Assembly (NCBI RefSeq): GCF_900232105.1
Contig: NZ_LT934425.1
Coordinates: forward strand, 3,780,001-3,812,000
Direction: 5' to 3'
From: Candidatus Kuenenia stuttgartensis
Lineage (GTDB): Bacteria > Planctomycetota > Brocadiia > Brocadiales > Brocadiaceae
DNA: 32,000 nt
In this document: in pieces, positions 1 to 9,494 of the stretch
How the letters are laid out: every line of letters starts with the position of its first letter
How positions within the stretch are numbered: the first letter of the stretch is position 1
Notes under the pieces: generated by a model
What the model was told of the DNA's origin: nothing
Databases searched by the model: none
Seen by the model: the letters and a program-made list of their open reading frames with translations, nothing else
Translations under genes and position numbers: made by a program

Positions 1-90
1 TTTATCCTCCTATAGAGTGATTAGCGGGATAATTAACATAAAAATACCATGATGAATAAAATTTGTCAATAAAACAAGTTAGCGCTTGTG

Positions 91-131
91 GGGTGCAGGG
101 GGTGGACTGGATTTCTCCATCGATTCAACTA
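91..131 (+). repeat. 41 bp direct repeat, identical to 29921-29961
   Basis: GGGTGCAGGGGGTGGACTGGATTTCTCCATCGATTCAACTA at both sites. Confidence 0.9.
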
Positions 132-392
132 CCCCTTTATTATGAAAACAAATTTGACCCTCTTTCCCACGCTCCGCAGACTGGTCAAATGTACAATTTT
201 ATCCTGTTTTGTAACATGCATTTCCACGCAGAGCGTAGGACTATGAAAAGAAAAACTTATGACTATTCATGTTATAAACCTCTCAGATTTCCTCCGCAGA
301 CAATTCCACCCCCTTAATCCCCCGCCAGCGGGGGACAGGCTTGCCACATCCCTTGCGGCTTTCATGCCCTTGTGGGGTCGATCCAGGCAAAT

Positions 393-512
393 GTGCATTC
401 CAGGTTTTTTGTGACTTCTGCCATGTTTTAATGAAACGTACAGTAGTATTAACCCCTGGCAGCGTTGTTTTGCTCCAATCACACATACGGTCACAAAAAA
501 TCGGGAATGCGC
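393..512. mobile_element. Short MITE-like element related to the GCATTCCCGATTTTTTG family (about 120 bp)
   Basis: Left end GTGCATTCCAGGTTTTTTGTGAC and right end GTCACAAAAAATCGGGAATGCGC form an imperfect terminal inverted repeat. Confidence 0.5.
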
Positions 513-521
513 CTTATTGCC

Positions 522-720
522 GGGTGCATTCCTGATTTTTTGTAAATATTCGCACATGCCTGTTGGTTGACAGATATTGTATAGCAAACATCTTGTTTAA
601 TTAACCCTGTCAGGGTTGTTTCTGTCATTTTCAAGCGGTAAAAGACAAGTTTGAAACCTGTCTCTACGTTACTGTTAACCCCTACTGATTGTTTTTTTGC
701 AAAAAATCGGGAATGCTCCC
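522..720. mobile_element. MITE-like element (about 199 bp) of the same end family
   Basis: Left end GGGTGCATTCCTGATTTTTTGTAA, right end TTGCAAAAAATCGGGAATGCTCCC. It abuts the truncated NHL-repeat ORF. No 9 bp target duplication visible. Confidence 0.6.
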
Positions 721-1301
721 CGCAGAAATACACCCGATGAATCAAATATCTGAATGCGATGATTGTCGGTATCGGCAACTATTATGTTGCCGGCGCTGTC
801 CGTCGCAACACCACTAGGAAGTCTAAATTCTCCATCAACAAGGCTAAGGAAGCCGAATTTAAACAGAAACTGGTATTCCATATCCCCTCCGCCGTTACTG
901 GATAGTAACTCATTGGTTTTTGTCTTTGCGGTTATGGAATCAGCCTCAGACGTGTTGCTTTTTCCATAAGGGGTTATTCCTCTACCGCGCCGGTAGTTTG
1001 CCGGTCTTTTCCCTTTGCCTTTTATGCCATTCCTCTCCAACACAGGGTGTTGCGAAGCTGCTTTCAATGCGGTGTGATCCCCTCTTCTTTTCTCCATCAA
1101 TTGATGAAACAATTCCACCATGGCCGGCGGCTCCTCCTGATTGCGGTTATATTCACTGTGATTTTCAGAAAGGCCGTCAGGGATAGCAGCCGATACATAT
1201 TTGCCTGACGTCTCATGCCCGTAGAAAAAACTATCAGATAAAAATACTATCACCAAAAGAACTAACATGGGTATTCCGATAAGCCGTTTGTTTTCCCTCA
1301 T
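675..1301 (-). CDS. Secreted/membrane-anchored NHL-repeat protein fragment, C-terminus replaced by MITE-derived sequence (AFPIFCKK...)
   Basis: 208 aa ORF with N-terminal hydrophobic segment and an NHL-type motif ([32 protein letters not shown]). The host reading ends at about position 721, where the repeat end begins. Confidence 0.6.
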   Translation of the reverse strand: MRENKRLIGIPMLVLLVIVFLSDSFFYGHETSGKYVSAAIPDGLSENHSEYNRNQEEPPAMVELFHQLMEKRRGDHTALKAASQHPVLERNGIKGKGKRPANYRRGRGITPYGKSNTSEADSITAKTKTNELLSSNGGGDMEYQFLFKFGFLSLVDGEFRLPSGVATDSAGNIIVADTDNHRIQIFDSSGVFLRGAFPIFCKKTISRG

Positions 1302-1489
1302 TATTACAGCCTCCTTTTTATTAAATCAGCGTGCATCTTTCATTACGTTTTTATTAAAAAAACATTACATAAATCCTGCAAAACACGACAGAGCCGTGTT
1401 GTCTGGTTCAGGGATAACGTAACCAGCGTCAAATGCTTGCTGTTGACTATTACCGCGTGACAGGCAAGCACAGAATTTACTTTTTATAT

Positions 1490-1975
1490 TTACTGCTCAC
1501 CTTTAAAGCTTACGCTGCCATTTGTGTTGAGGGTTGTTTTTACCGGGTCTTTAATCTTTATGCGGAAATTTGTTTTAATATCTCCTTTTATAGTATTTCC
1601 GTTAGAAGTCCCTGTGATTGTCATTTTTTTGATGCTTATCGAGAAATCAGAGTCGTTTAGGCCTATTAAATAAAAATTTTTCATAATCCCATCTATAACT
1701 TCCTGCTTGTCTGTTTTGATTTTGAAAGTATTATTTCCCGTGTCTTCCCACTCACTCTTAATACCCAGGGCTTCTCCTGTAAATTCTCCGCTACGCGAAA
1801 GCGTCCATGTATCCTCTGCTATTTTAATCTTGTCCGCCTTAATGGTTACTTTGTAAACACCCGGCACAACTGCCCCAAATAAAGATGTTTGACACAGAGC
1901 CAAGCATAGTAACGGGATTAACGGTAAAACCCTAAAACAGCTTTTAAAACAACTCCCTCTCTTCTTTAACTTCAT
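1490..1975 (-). CDS. Hypothetical secreted protein with N-terminal signal peptide
   Basis: 161 aa ORF; hydrophobic N-terminus (VLPLIPLLCLALCQTSLFGA) followed by a soluble, beta-rich-looking sequence. Confidence 0.55.
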   Translation of the reverse strand: MKLKKRGSCFKSCFRVLPLIPLLCLALCQTSLFGAVVPGVYKVTIKADKIKIAEDTWTLSRSGEFTGEALGIKSEWEDTGNNTFKIKTDKQEVIDGIMKNFYLIGLNDSDFSISIKKMTITGTSNGNTIKGDIKTNFRIKIKDPVKTTLNTNGSVSFKGEQ

Positions 1976-2191
1976 TCAACTCTCCTTATAAATAAAATAT
2001 AGATGTCCTGTATGACAAAAAAATGAATAAACAATCGATAGCGTGGCGGGGAATAACAACCTGAAATGTATTTTGGAAAAGAAACAGAAATACCTTTCTT
2101 AAAAAAGAAATATTTTGCACTGTATATTAAAAATAAGCCTCTGCCAATACCCTATTTTGGGTGTATATAATGTACTCCAAAAACTGGACAG

Positions 2192-2986
2192 CACCGGACA
2201 GAACTTCTGGCTAAACATATCGTGGCGCCCACGTGGCGTGCAGTGTCGGACTTTGGCGGAACGACGCTTCGTCTTCAAAAACAATCAGCGCTTTTTCTTC
2301 AGCGGCTTTTTTTTTAATGTGGGGTAAGTGTACCGGGTCCACTTGTTACGAGCGACAGGATCGGCCTTTACTAATCGATAGGTTGGGCGCTGGAAAGAAA
2401 TTCCAATCTGCTTCAAGAGCTTCCGCACATGCCCCGGATGATATTCGAGGCCAAACTCATTTTCGATTGTCTTTGCAATGATTACGGATGTCCATACCCC
2501 AGTATCATAGCCATAAGCAATGGGGCCGCTCTCAACAATATCAAGGAGCCTTTCTTTTTCATCCAGACTTAGTCCGGCTGGTCGCCCGCAGCGGTGTCCC
2601 TCTAATAAGCCGTCAATTCCGTATTGATTCCACGTGCGAATCCATGCTGGAACATTGGTGCGGTTTACTTTTAAAGTCTCCGCAACGTCTCCGGGTGGGC
2701 GGCCTTCCAGGTTAAGAATAACCGCATGCAATCGCGTTGCCATTCGATACGCAGAATCTTCCTGAGCTGATTTTTTCAACGCGACTAACTTCTTAATCGT
2801 TTGCCGATTCCCCTTTGCTTTCAAGGCTTGCATAAGGCCTCCGTTTTGTAATGTATTATTATTTATACGCACAAGAGGCCATAATGTAACCTTTTTTATT
2901 TCGTTGTCAATATTCATTTCCATACAAGCACCGTGAAATATGGCTTACGAAGAAATGATGTATATTTAATTATGCGCAGTTATATA
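2192..2986 (-). mobile_element. Truncated IS630-family insertion sequence (catalytic C-terminal half missing)
   Basis: Near-identical at nucleotide level to the N-terminal part of the complete copy at 11849-13099. It retains the end TGCGCAGTTATATA at 2973-2986; homology stops at about 2192. Confidence 0.85.
2285..2923 (-). pseudogene. IS630-family transposase N-terminal ORF (HTH part), truncated element
   Basis: 212 aa ORF with helix-turn-helix region (GNRQTIKKLVALKKSAQ...RLHAVILNLEGRPPGDVAETLKVNRTNVPAWIRTWNQYGIDGLLEG), ending in KKKPLKKKR at a 9-A run. Confidence 0.85.
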
Positions 2987-3102
2987 GTGTAGTGTGCGTG
3001 ACAAAAGGTTTGCTTCCTTATAACCCCACGCGCCCCTTTCCTGTAATGAAGCATAAATTGACCGGCTCCTAAATTTCGTTTCATGTGCACAGAATGGCAA
3101 CT

Positions 3103-3620
3103 GGGAGCATTCTTGATTTTTTGTAACAGTTTAGATTTTTGAAAAATAAAAATGCTCGTTCCCAAGCTCCGCAGACTGGGTCAAATGGGCAATTTTATCC
3201 TATTTTACGACAGGCATTCTCCACTTTAATGGGAAAACAGCACTAAATAGGGTCGAAAACAGGCATAATGCGAAGAGTTGTCCCCACTTTTGAGACAATA
3301 AAGTTCATTTGACCCAGTCTGTCCGGCTTGGGAACGTAATTGCGTTGGAAGCTCTAGCTTCCATTTAGCCGGCAAGCGAAGCTTCGTGTATTATTCGATT
3401 CAAAAGAGGTTTCCAAATATCTTGGGTAACATACTGAAAAGCCTCCAAGCTGACATTATGGGTTCATTCCCTTTTCCATTCGAAGCGGGAGCTTCTCAAA
3501 CAATCCCGTTCTCAAGCCGGAGCTTGGGAACGGGCGGTTTTTTTCATAGGACTAAAGTATTACAATTCTTTGTAAAAAAACAAAATGTGTGAAGATATAC
3601 AAAAAATCGGGAATGCACCC
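3103..3620 (-). mobile_element. MITE-like element copy 1 (363 bp core plus 155 bp nested insertion and its duplication), flanked by 9 bp target duplication ATGGCAACT
   Basis: Left end GGGAGCATTCTTGATTTTTTGTAAC, right end ACAAAAAATCGGGAATGCACCC. Direct repeats ATGGCAACT at 3094-3102 and 3621-3629. Confidence 0.85.
3172..3322. mobile_element. Nested 151 bp miniature element with perfect 15 bp inverted repeats and 4 bp target duplication TCCG
   Basis: CAGACTGGGTCAAAT (3172-3186) and ATTTGACCCAGTCTG (3308-3322). TCCG at 3168-3171 and 3323-3326. Sister copies of the host element lack this segment. Confidence 0.8.
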
Positions 3621-4057
3621 ATGGCAACTCCGTTTTTTTCTTTGTGTAATTTATATACCTTCTGATATTTTGAAAGGTGAAACAGTTGCCATTTTCAGAA
3701 TACTAAACTGTTGCAAAAAATGTAATTGTAATAAGAATCCTTTGTCGGAAAATCATGTGAAGCAACGGGAATATTTTTGTGGATTAACCTTGCACAAAAC
3801 GCTTTAATAATAATGCTCCACATAAAAATTTGACTACAAGTTTGTTTTTGGAAATTCCGGCAAGAACGATGTATGTGACACTGTAAGGGGTGAAGCATTT
3901 GAAATAGTCAAATACTGCTCAAGGATCCACATCCTTCGTCCCTGCTTTGTCAAAGCATAAATTGTTACAAGAGCCGTGACTGTTTCGACGGAGGAAAAAA
4001 AGTTATAACACACACCTTTAAAGAAATAGTATTCTCCATCATTAAGGAATCTATCGT

Positions 4058-4690
4058 ATGGAACAAAATTTACAGAACCTGCTGAACCGAATACAAAAAG
4101 AAGGTATTGATAAAGCGGATAAAGAGGCAATGAGGATCATCTCAGACGCCAGAGAAAAAGCTGCCGGGATAGTAAAAGAAGCGGAAATGAAGGCAAAAGA
4201 AATGCTTGAAAAGGCGGAGCTTGACGCCAGGTTGTTTGCCGAGCATGGCGCCAAAACTATAGCACATGCGGGAAGAGATGTTCTAATAACCGTAGGCAAA
4301 GGCATTGATACCCTGTTTAGAGAAATAGCCTTTCATTCTGTAGGCGAGGCGCTTTCACCTGATACCCTTATTCAGATGATGATAAAGCTGGCGTCTGCAT
4401 ATGCAGAAAAGGGGTTTGCGGAAGGCAGGATCAATATGCTGCTTAGTCCGGAAGATCAAAAAACGGTGGTAAAATTGTTTATGGAAAAATACCGGGAACA
4501 GTTTCGGGAAGGAATAGAAATACATGTTGATGATAAAATAATCAAAGGATTTAAAGTGTCGATGAAATCTGACGCCGTATTTCACGATTTTACACAGGAA
4601 GCGATTGCTGATGCTATTTGTTATTTTCTAAAACCACACCTTGCCGGGATTATTCACCGCGTTGCAAATGACATTGCGAAGGAGGATTGA
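4058..4690 (+). CDS. atpE: V/A-type ATP synthase subunit E-like protein
   Basis: 210 aa; N-terminal charged coiled-coil (ADKEAMRIISDAREKAAGIVKEAEMKAKEMLEKAE) typical of subunit E, first gene of the operon. Confidence 0.8.
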   Translation: MEQNLQNLLNRIQKEGIDKADKEAMRIISDAREKAAGIVKEAEMKAKEMLEKAELDARLFAEHGAKTIAHAGRDVLITVGKGIDTLFREIAFHSVGEALSPDTLIQMMIKLASAYAEKGFAEGRINMLLSPEDQKTVVKLFMEKYREQFREGIEIHVDDKIIKGFKVSMKSDAVFHDFTQEAIADAICYFLKPHLAGIIHRVANDIAKED

Positions 4691-5233
4691 ATGGCCTATT
4701 ATTATCTGGTCGCAAGCCTTATTCCGCTTACTTTAGAGGGTGATGTTTCATTCACCCCCAGGGAATTCTTTGAGTCATGCAAAAATATGCTTGCTTCTCA
4801 GGACAGGAAGGATCTCGAATACGTTATAGACGGGCGGCCAGAATCCGCACGGCATGCATTTGTCAGGAAATGGCTTTACGCTGAAAATCAGTTGAAAAAT
4901 GCCCTTGCTGCGGCTAGATCTGCAAGATTAAATATCGATTCACATCAGTTCCTGCGGGGAGATAAGAAGATTGACATAAATGCTGCGAAGATTGTTGCAG
5001 AGGCGCTCAGCAAACACAATCCCCTCGATAAAGAACGTGCTTTGGACAAATATCGATGGAAACTCCTTGATGATATGGCAAGGGCTGATTTTTTCGGCAT
5101 GTCATCCATTTTTTCTTATGTGATTAAGCTGAAATTGATAATGAGGTGGAAATCATTGAATGATGAAAAGGGGCGTGAAGTGTTGGAAAAACTCATTGTG
5201 ACTAATTCCGGGGAAATATGCTATGGGATGTAA
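4691..5233 (+). CDS. DUF2764 family protein of V-type ATPase operons
   Basis: 180 aa; starts MAYYYLVASLIPLTLEGDVSFTPREFFESC and lies between subunits E and A, as in spirochete/chlamydial-type operons. Confidence 0.75.
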   Translation: MAYYYLVASLIPLTLEGDVSFTPREFFESCKNMLASQDRKDLEYVIDGRPESARHAFVRKWLYAENQLKNALAAARSARLNIDSHQFLRGDKKIDINAAKIVAEALSKHNPLDKERALDKYRWKLLDDMARADFFGMSSIFSYVIKLKLIMRWKSLNDEKGREVLEKLIVTNSGEICYGM

Positions 5234-6992
5234 ATGCGGAAGCATTGAAAGTGCAAATTGCCACTGCGGAAGAATTGTAGGCATAAACGGCAATATGATA
5301 ACCGTAGAATTTTATGGAATGTTAAGGCAGAATGAACTGGCTTACATTATGCTGGAAGATGTACGTCTGAAGGCGGAGGTTATACGGATAAGGGGCCGTT
5401 ATGCCGACGTGCAGATACTGGAAGATCCGAGATGGTTGAAAGTAGGGGGGCATGTTGATTTTTCAGGAGAACTACTGGCGGCAGAGCTGGGACCCGGTTT
5501 GCTTACACAAATTTTTGACGGTCTTCAAAATCCTCTTCCTGAACTTGCAAGAGAGTGCGGTTTCTTTTTAAAACGTGGGGTATACATGGACGCCATTCCG
5601 AGGGATAAGGAATGGAAATTTACACCTGTCGTAAAAAAAGGAGATGTGCTAAGAGCCGGCGACTCCATTGGCACTGTGCCTGAAGGGATTTTTTCTCACC
5701 GCATCATGGTGCCTTTTTCGCTCCGCGGCAGATATTGCGTTGAATGGGTCGCGGGGCATGGCTCATACCGGGTGGATGAGACAATAGCGGAGCTAAAGGA
5801 TAGTAAAGGAGCGCTCGTAAAGGTGACTATGGTTCAGAAGTGGCCGGTTAAAGTACCCCTGAAATGTTACAGTGAACGGCTGATGCCTACGGAAACCCTT
5901 ATGACAAAGATCAGAATTCTTGACACGTTTTTTCCGGCGGCAAAGGGGGGGACGTTTTGTGTTCCAGGTCCTTTTGGCGCGGGCAAGACGGTGTTGCAGC
6001 AGCTTATAAGCAGAAATGCGGATGCTGATATTGTTGTTGTCGCCGCATGCGGAGAAAGGGCTGGGGAAGTGGTGGAAACGCTTCGTGAATTTCCGCGGAT
6101 TACCGACCCACGAACAGGAAAAAGTCTTATGGAACGAACGGTGATTATTTGCAACACCAGTTCAATGCCTGTGGCAGCCCGCGAGGCTTCTGTATATACT
6201 GGGGTGACGCTGGCGGAATATTACCGGCAGATGGGATTGCACGTATTGCTGCTGGCGGATTCCACATCACGGTGGGCGCAGGCGCTTCGGGAAGTATCGG
6301 GGCGTATGGAAGAAATACCGGGCGATGAAGCATACCCCGCCTATCTTGAGTCTGTTATTGCCGCATTTTATGAACGCGCGGCGATAGTGAGACTGCATGA
6401 CGGATCTGTGGGGTCTGTTACCATAGGCGGCACTGTCAGCCCCGCCGGCGGAAATTTTGACGAGCCGGTTACGCAGGCAACTCTCAAAGTAGTCGGTGCA
6501 TTTCATGGGTTGTCAAAAGAACGTTCAGATGCGAGAAGATACCCCTCCATTCATCCCCTTGAAAGCTGGAGCAAGTACAATGGTATTGTTCAGGCGGAAT
6601 ACCTGCTGTTGGCGCTAAAAATCCTCAGAGACGGCAATGATATTGCACAGATGATGAAGGTGGTGGGCGAAGAAGGCACGTCTATTGATGACTTTATCAC
6701 TTACCTGAAAAGCGAGTACCTTGACGCTGCCTACATGCAGCAAAATGCGTTTCATGTCGTGGACGTGGCATCTTCGGGCGAAAGGCAAAAATATACATTT
6801 GGCAAGATGGTAAAAATACTTGGCGCGAAAATGTCGTTTGCCGGCAAAGATGCAGCGAGGGCTTTTTTCCATACGCTGACACAAAAAACAAGAGATTGGA
6901 ATTATACCGCCATGGAGTCTGATGAATTTCAGGCGATCGAAACGGAATTGGACAAAATGCTCGGGGGGGAAAGTGCGCAGGATATACAATAA
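5223..6992 (+). CDS. atpA: V/A-type ATP synthase catalytic subunit A
   Basis: 589 aa; Walker [13 protein letters not shown], plus [32 protein letters not shown] and [16 protein letters not shown]. Confidence 0.97.
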   Translation: MGCKCGSIESANCHCGRIVGINGNMITVEFYGMLRQNELAYIMLEDVRLKAEVIRIRGRYADVQILEDPRWLKVGGHVDFSGELLAAELGPGLLTQIFDGLQNPLPELARECGFFLKRGVYMDAIPRDKEWKFTPVVKKGDVLRAGDSIGTVPEGIFSHRIMVPFSLRGRYCVEWVAGHGSYRVDETIAELKDSKGALVKVTMVQKWPVKVPLKCYSERLMPTETLMTKIRILDTFFPAAKGGTFCVPGPFGAGKTVLQQLISRNADADIVVVAACGERAGEVVETLREFPRITDPRTGKSLMERTVIICNTSSMPVAAREASVYTGVTLAEYYRQMGLHVLLLADSTSRWAQALREVSGRMEEIPGDEAYPAYLESVIAAFYERAAIVRLHDGSVGSVTIGGTVSPAGGNFDEPVTQATLKVVGAFHGLSKERSDARRYPSIHPLESWSKYNGIVQAEYLLLALKILRDGNDIAQMMKVVGEEGTSIDDFITYLKSEYLDAAYMQQNAFHVVDVASSGERQKYTFGKMVKILGAKMSFAGKDAARAFFHTLTQKTRDWNYTAMESDEFQAIETELDKMLGGESAQDIQ

Positions 6993-8286
6993 AATTGAAC
7001 AAATTGTCGGGAACGTTATCACTGTTATTGCCGAAGACGTTTCCTATGGAGAACTGGCAAAAATAACAACAGCGGAAGGTAGTTCCATTGCCCAGGTTAT
7101 CAGGCTTGAAGGTGACAGGGTGTCACTGCAAGTCCTTGCGGGAACTAGGGGAATGTCCACAAACGCCGAGATTAATTTTCTGGGACATTCGATGAAAACG
7201 CCGTTTTCTAAATTCCTGCTCGGACGTATCTTTACCGGAAGTGGAGAACCGCGCGATAAGGGACCGGCAATTACTGAAAATCTGATTGATATCGGCGGGC
7301 CTTCGGTAAACCCTGTTAAACGTATAATTCCTGAAAATATGATACAAACAGGAATCCCAATGATTGACGTATTTAATACCCTTGTGGAATCACAAAAACT
7401 CCCGATATTTTCCATTGCCGGAGAACCATACAATCCCCTGCTGGCGAGGATTGCGCTGCAGGCAAAAGTGGATATCATCATACTTGGCGGAATGGGGCTT
7501 AAATATGATGATTATCTTTTTTTCAGAGATATTCTGGAGAAAAGCGGCGCTATAACAAGGTCGATACTTTTTATTCACACGGCGGCTGATCCCACGGTTG
7601 AGTGTATTCTTGTGCCGGATTTGTGCCTTGCGGTTGCAGAACAGTTTGCCTTGCAGGGGAAACGGGTGCTGGTCTTACTGACTGACATGACAAATTTTGC
7701 CGATTCTATTAAAGAAATCGCAAATACGATGGAACAGATACCTTCAAACCGGGGCTACCCAGGCGACCTGTACAGTCAGCTTGCATCGCGATACGAGAAG
7801 GCGGTCAATTTCGAGGGCGCAGGGTCTATCACCATCCTTGCCGTGACGACAATGCCGGGCGACGATGTTACGCATCCGATACCGGACAATACCGGCTACA
7901 TTACCGAAGGGCAGTTTTATCTGAAGAACGGAAGGATAGAGCCTTTTGGTTCGCTGAGCCGCCTCAAACAACATGTTAATAACAAAACACGCGAAGACCA
8001 TCGCGCCATTATGGACTCCATGATACAGATATATGCCAGGTATAAAGAAAGTATCGAAAAACAGTCCATGGGATTCCGGATGAGCGCATGGGACAACAAG
8101 TTGTTGAAATATGGCGAACGTTTTGAACGCGAAATGATGGATTTGAATGTCAATATCCCTTTGGAACAAGCCCTTAACCTTGGGTGGCAAATACTTGCAG
8201 ATTGCTTTCAGCCTGCTGAAACGGGTATTACAACAAGGTTGATTGAAAAATTCTGGCCGGCTGCCGCACGCATTGGTGCTTCATAA
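6973..8286 (+). CDS. atpB: V/A-type ATP synthase subunit B
   Basis: [56 protein letters not shown]; [14 protein letters not shown]. The track ORF opens at 6922; a GTG start at 6973 is more plausible but not proven. Confidence 0.95.
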   Translation: MRRIYNKIEQIVGNVITVIAEDVSYGELAKITTAEGSSIAQVIRLEGDRVSLQVLAGTRGMSTNAEINFLGHSMKTPFSKFLLGRIFTGSGEPRDKGPAITENLIDIGGPSVNPVKRIIPENMIQTGIPMIDVFNTLVESQKLPIFSIAGEPYNPLLARIALQAKVDIIILGGMGLKYDDYLFFRDILEKSGAITRSILFIHTAADPTVECILVPDLCLAVAEQFALQGKRVLVLLTDMTNFADSIKEIANTMEQIPSNRGYPGDLYSQLASRYEKAVNFEGAGSITILAVTTMPGDDVTHPIPDNTGYITEGQFYLKNGRIEPFGSLSRLKQHVNNKTREDHRAIMDSMIQIYARYKESIEKQSMGFRMSAWDNKLLKYGERFEREMMDLNVNIPLEQALNLGWQILADCFQPAETGITTRLIEKFWPAAARIGAS

Positions 8287-8397
8287 TATTATCGTAACTT
8301 CTCAATAAACTGAGATTAACAACCCCTTTACCCCTTATATTATGTGGGATACTGTACAGCCGGCAATAGGCAAAATTACAGATTGTTGATTGAGGAC

Positions 8398-8761
8398 GGG
8401 TGCATTCTCGATTTTTTGTATATCTTCACACATTTTGTTTTTTTACAAAGAATTGTAATACTTTAGTCCTATGAAAAAAACCGCTCGTTCCCAAGCTCCG
8501 GCTTGGGAACGGGTTTGTTTGAGAAGCTCCAGCTTCGAATGGAAAAGGGAATGAACCCATGATGTTAGTTTGGAGGCTTTTCAGTATGTTATCCAAGATA
8601 TTTGGAAACCTCTTTTGAATCGAATAATACACGAAGCTTCGCTTGCCGGCTAAATGGAAGCTAGAGCTTCCAACGCAATTACGTTCCCAAGCCGGAGCTT
8701 GGGAACGAGCATTTTTGTTTTTCAAAAATCTAAACTGTTACAAAAAATCAGGAATGCTCCC
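8398..8761 (+). mobile_element. MITE-like element copy 2 (364 bp) between atpB and atpD
   Basis: Ends GGGTGCATTCTCGATTTTTTGTAT and TTACAAAAAATCAGGAATGCTCCC. Hairpins CGTTCCCAAGC-TCCG-GCTTGGGAACG (8486-8511) and CGTTCCCAAGC-CGGA-GCTTGGGAACG (8682-8707). Confidence 0.85.
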
Positions 8762-8885
8762 TTTCCTATTGAGTACTGAGTACTGAGGACAAATGTTTTA
8801 TTCCTGTTATATAACAAGGTACACGTGAATATCTTTTTGAAAAGCCAAACTAATACAAATTGTTACAGACTAACAATAAATAATT

Positions 8886-9494
8886 ATGTCGAAGGTTAAA
8901 TTTACAAAAAATGAACTCAAAGCCCAGCGTGACGCCTTACGTCGTTATAAACGTTATCTCCCTACACTGGAGCTGAAGAAAATGCAGCTTCAGATTGAAG
9001 TCAGGAAGATAGATCATCTTATAGCGGAACAGAAAAAAGAGGAGAAACGTATATGGGATGATGACCTTGACGCATGGATATGTTTGTTTGCAGAAGATAT
9101 TGATATCGGCTTTTATATCAGAGTTAAGGAAGTGAAATGCAGCATTGGCAATATTGCCGGGGTTAGTATTCCGGTATTTGACAAAGTGGAATACGAGCGC
9201 AACCCTGTAGATTTTTATGCCACTCCCCCATGGGTTGACGATGGGATTGATGTGCTGGAGCGTTTGATAAAACTTCGTATAGAGATGAATATTTATGAAC
9301 GGCAAAAGGAACTACTGTCGGATGAGCTTCGCGTGACCTCGCAGCGTGTGAATCTGTTTGAAAAGGTGAAAATCCCTGAATGTATAGAAAATATAAGAAA
9401 AATCAGAATTTATCTTGCGGACGAACAAACAGCGGCCGTGGTTAGGGCAAAAATGGCGAAACGCAAATTTCAGAATGTAAGGACGGGTGCATGA
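8886..9494 (+). CDS. atpD: V/A-type ATP synthase subunit D
   Basis: 202 aa; N-terminal KFTKNELKAQRDALRRYKRYLPTLELKKMQLQIEV and C-terminal VTSQRVNLFEKVKIPECIENIRKIRIYLADEQTAAVVRAKMAKRK. Confidence 0.93.
   Translation: MSKVKFTKNELKAQRDALRRYKRYLPTLELKKMQLQIEVRKIDHLIAEQKKEEKRIWDDDLDAWICLFAEDIDIGFYIRVKEVKCSIGNIAGVSIPVFDKVEYERNPVDFYATPPWVDDGIDVLERLIKLRIEMNIYERQKELLSDELRVTSQRVNLFEKVKIPECIENIRKIRIYLADEQTAAVVRAKMAKRKFQNVRTGA

Noticed and set aside
63-587. Small ORFs at the left edge (63-317, 267-587, 283-486, 341-535)
   Set aside because: They cover repeats and MITE ends and show no domain or signal consistent with a gene.
5867-6157. Minus-strand ORFs inside atpA and atpB (5867-6157, 6615-7022, 7044-7481, 7744-8190)
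   Set aside because: They lie antisense to strongly conserved V-ATPase genes and encode no recognisable protein; treated as shadow ORFs.
8762-8790. Possible 9 bp target duplication for the MITE at 8398-8761 (ATTGAGGAC versus ACTGAGGAC)
   Set aside because: The near-match lies 20 bp beyond the right end and inside a TACTGAGTACTGAG microrepeat, so it is not an immediate flank. This copy was reported without a target duplication.
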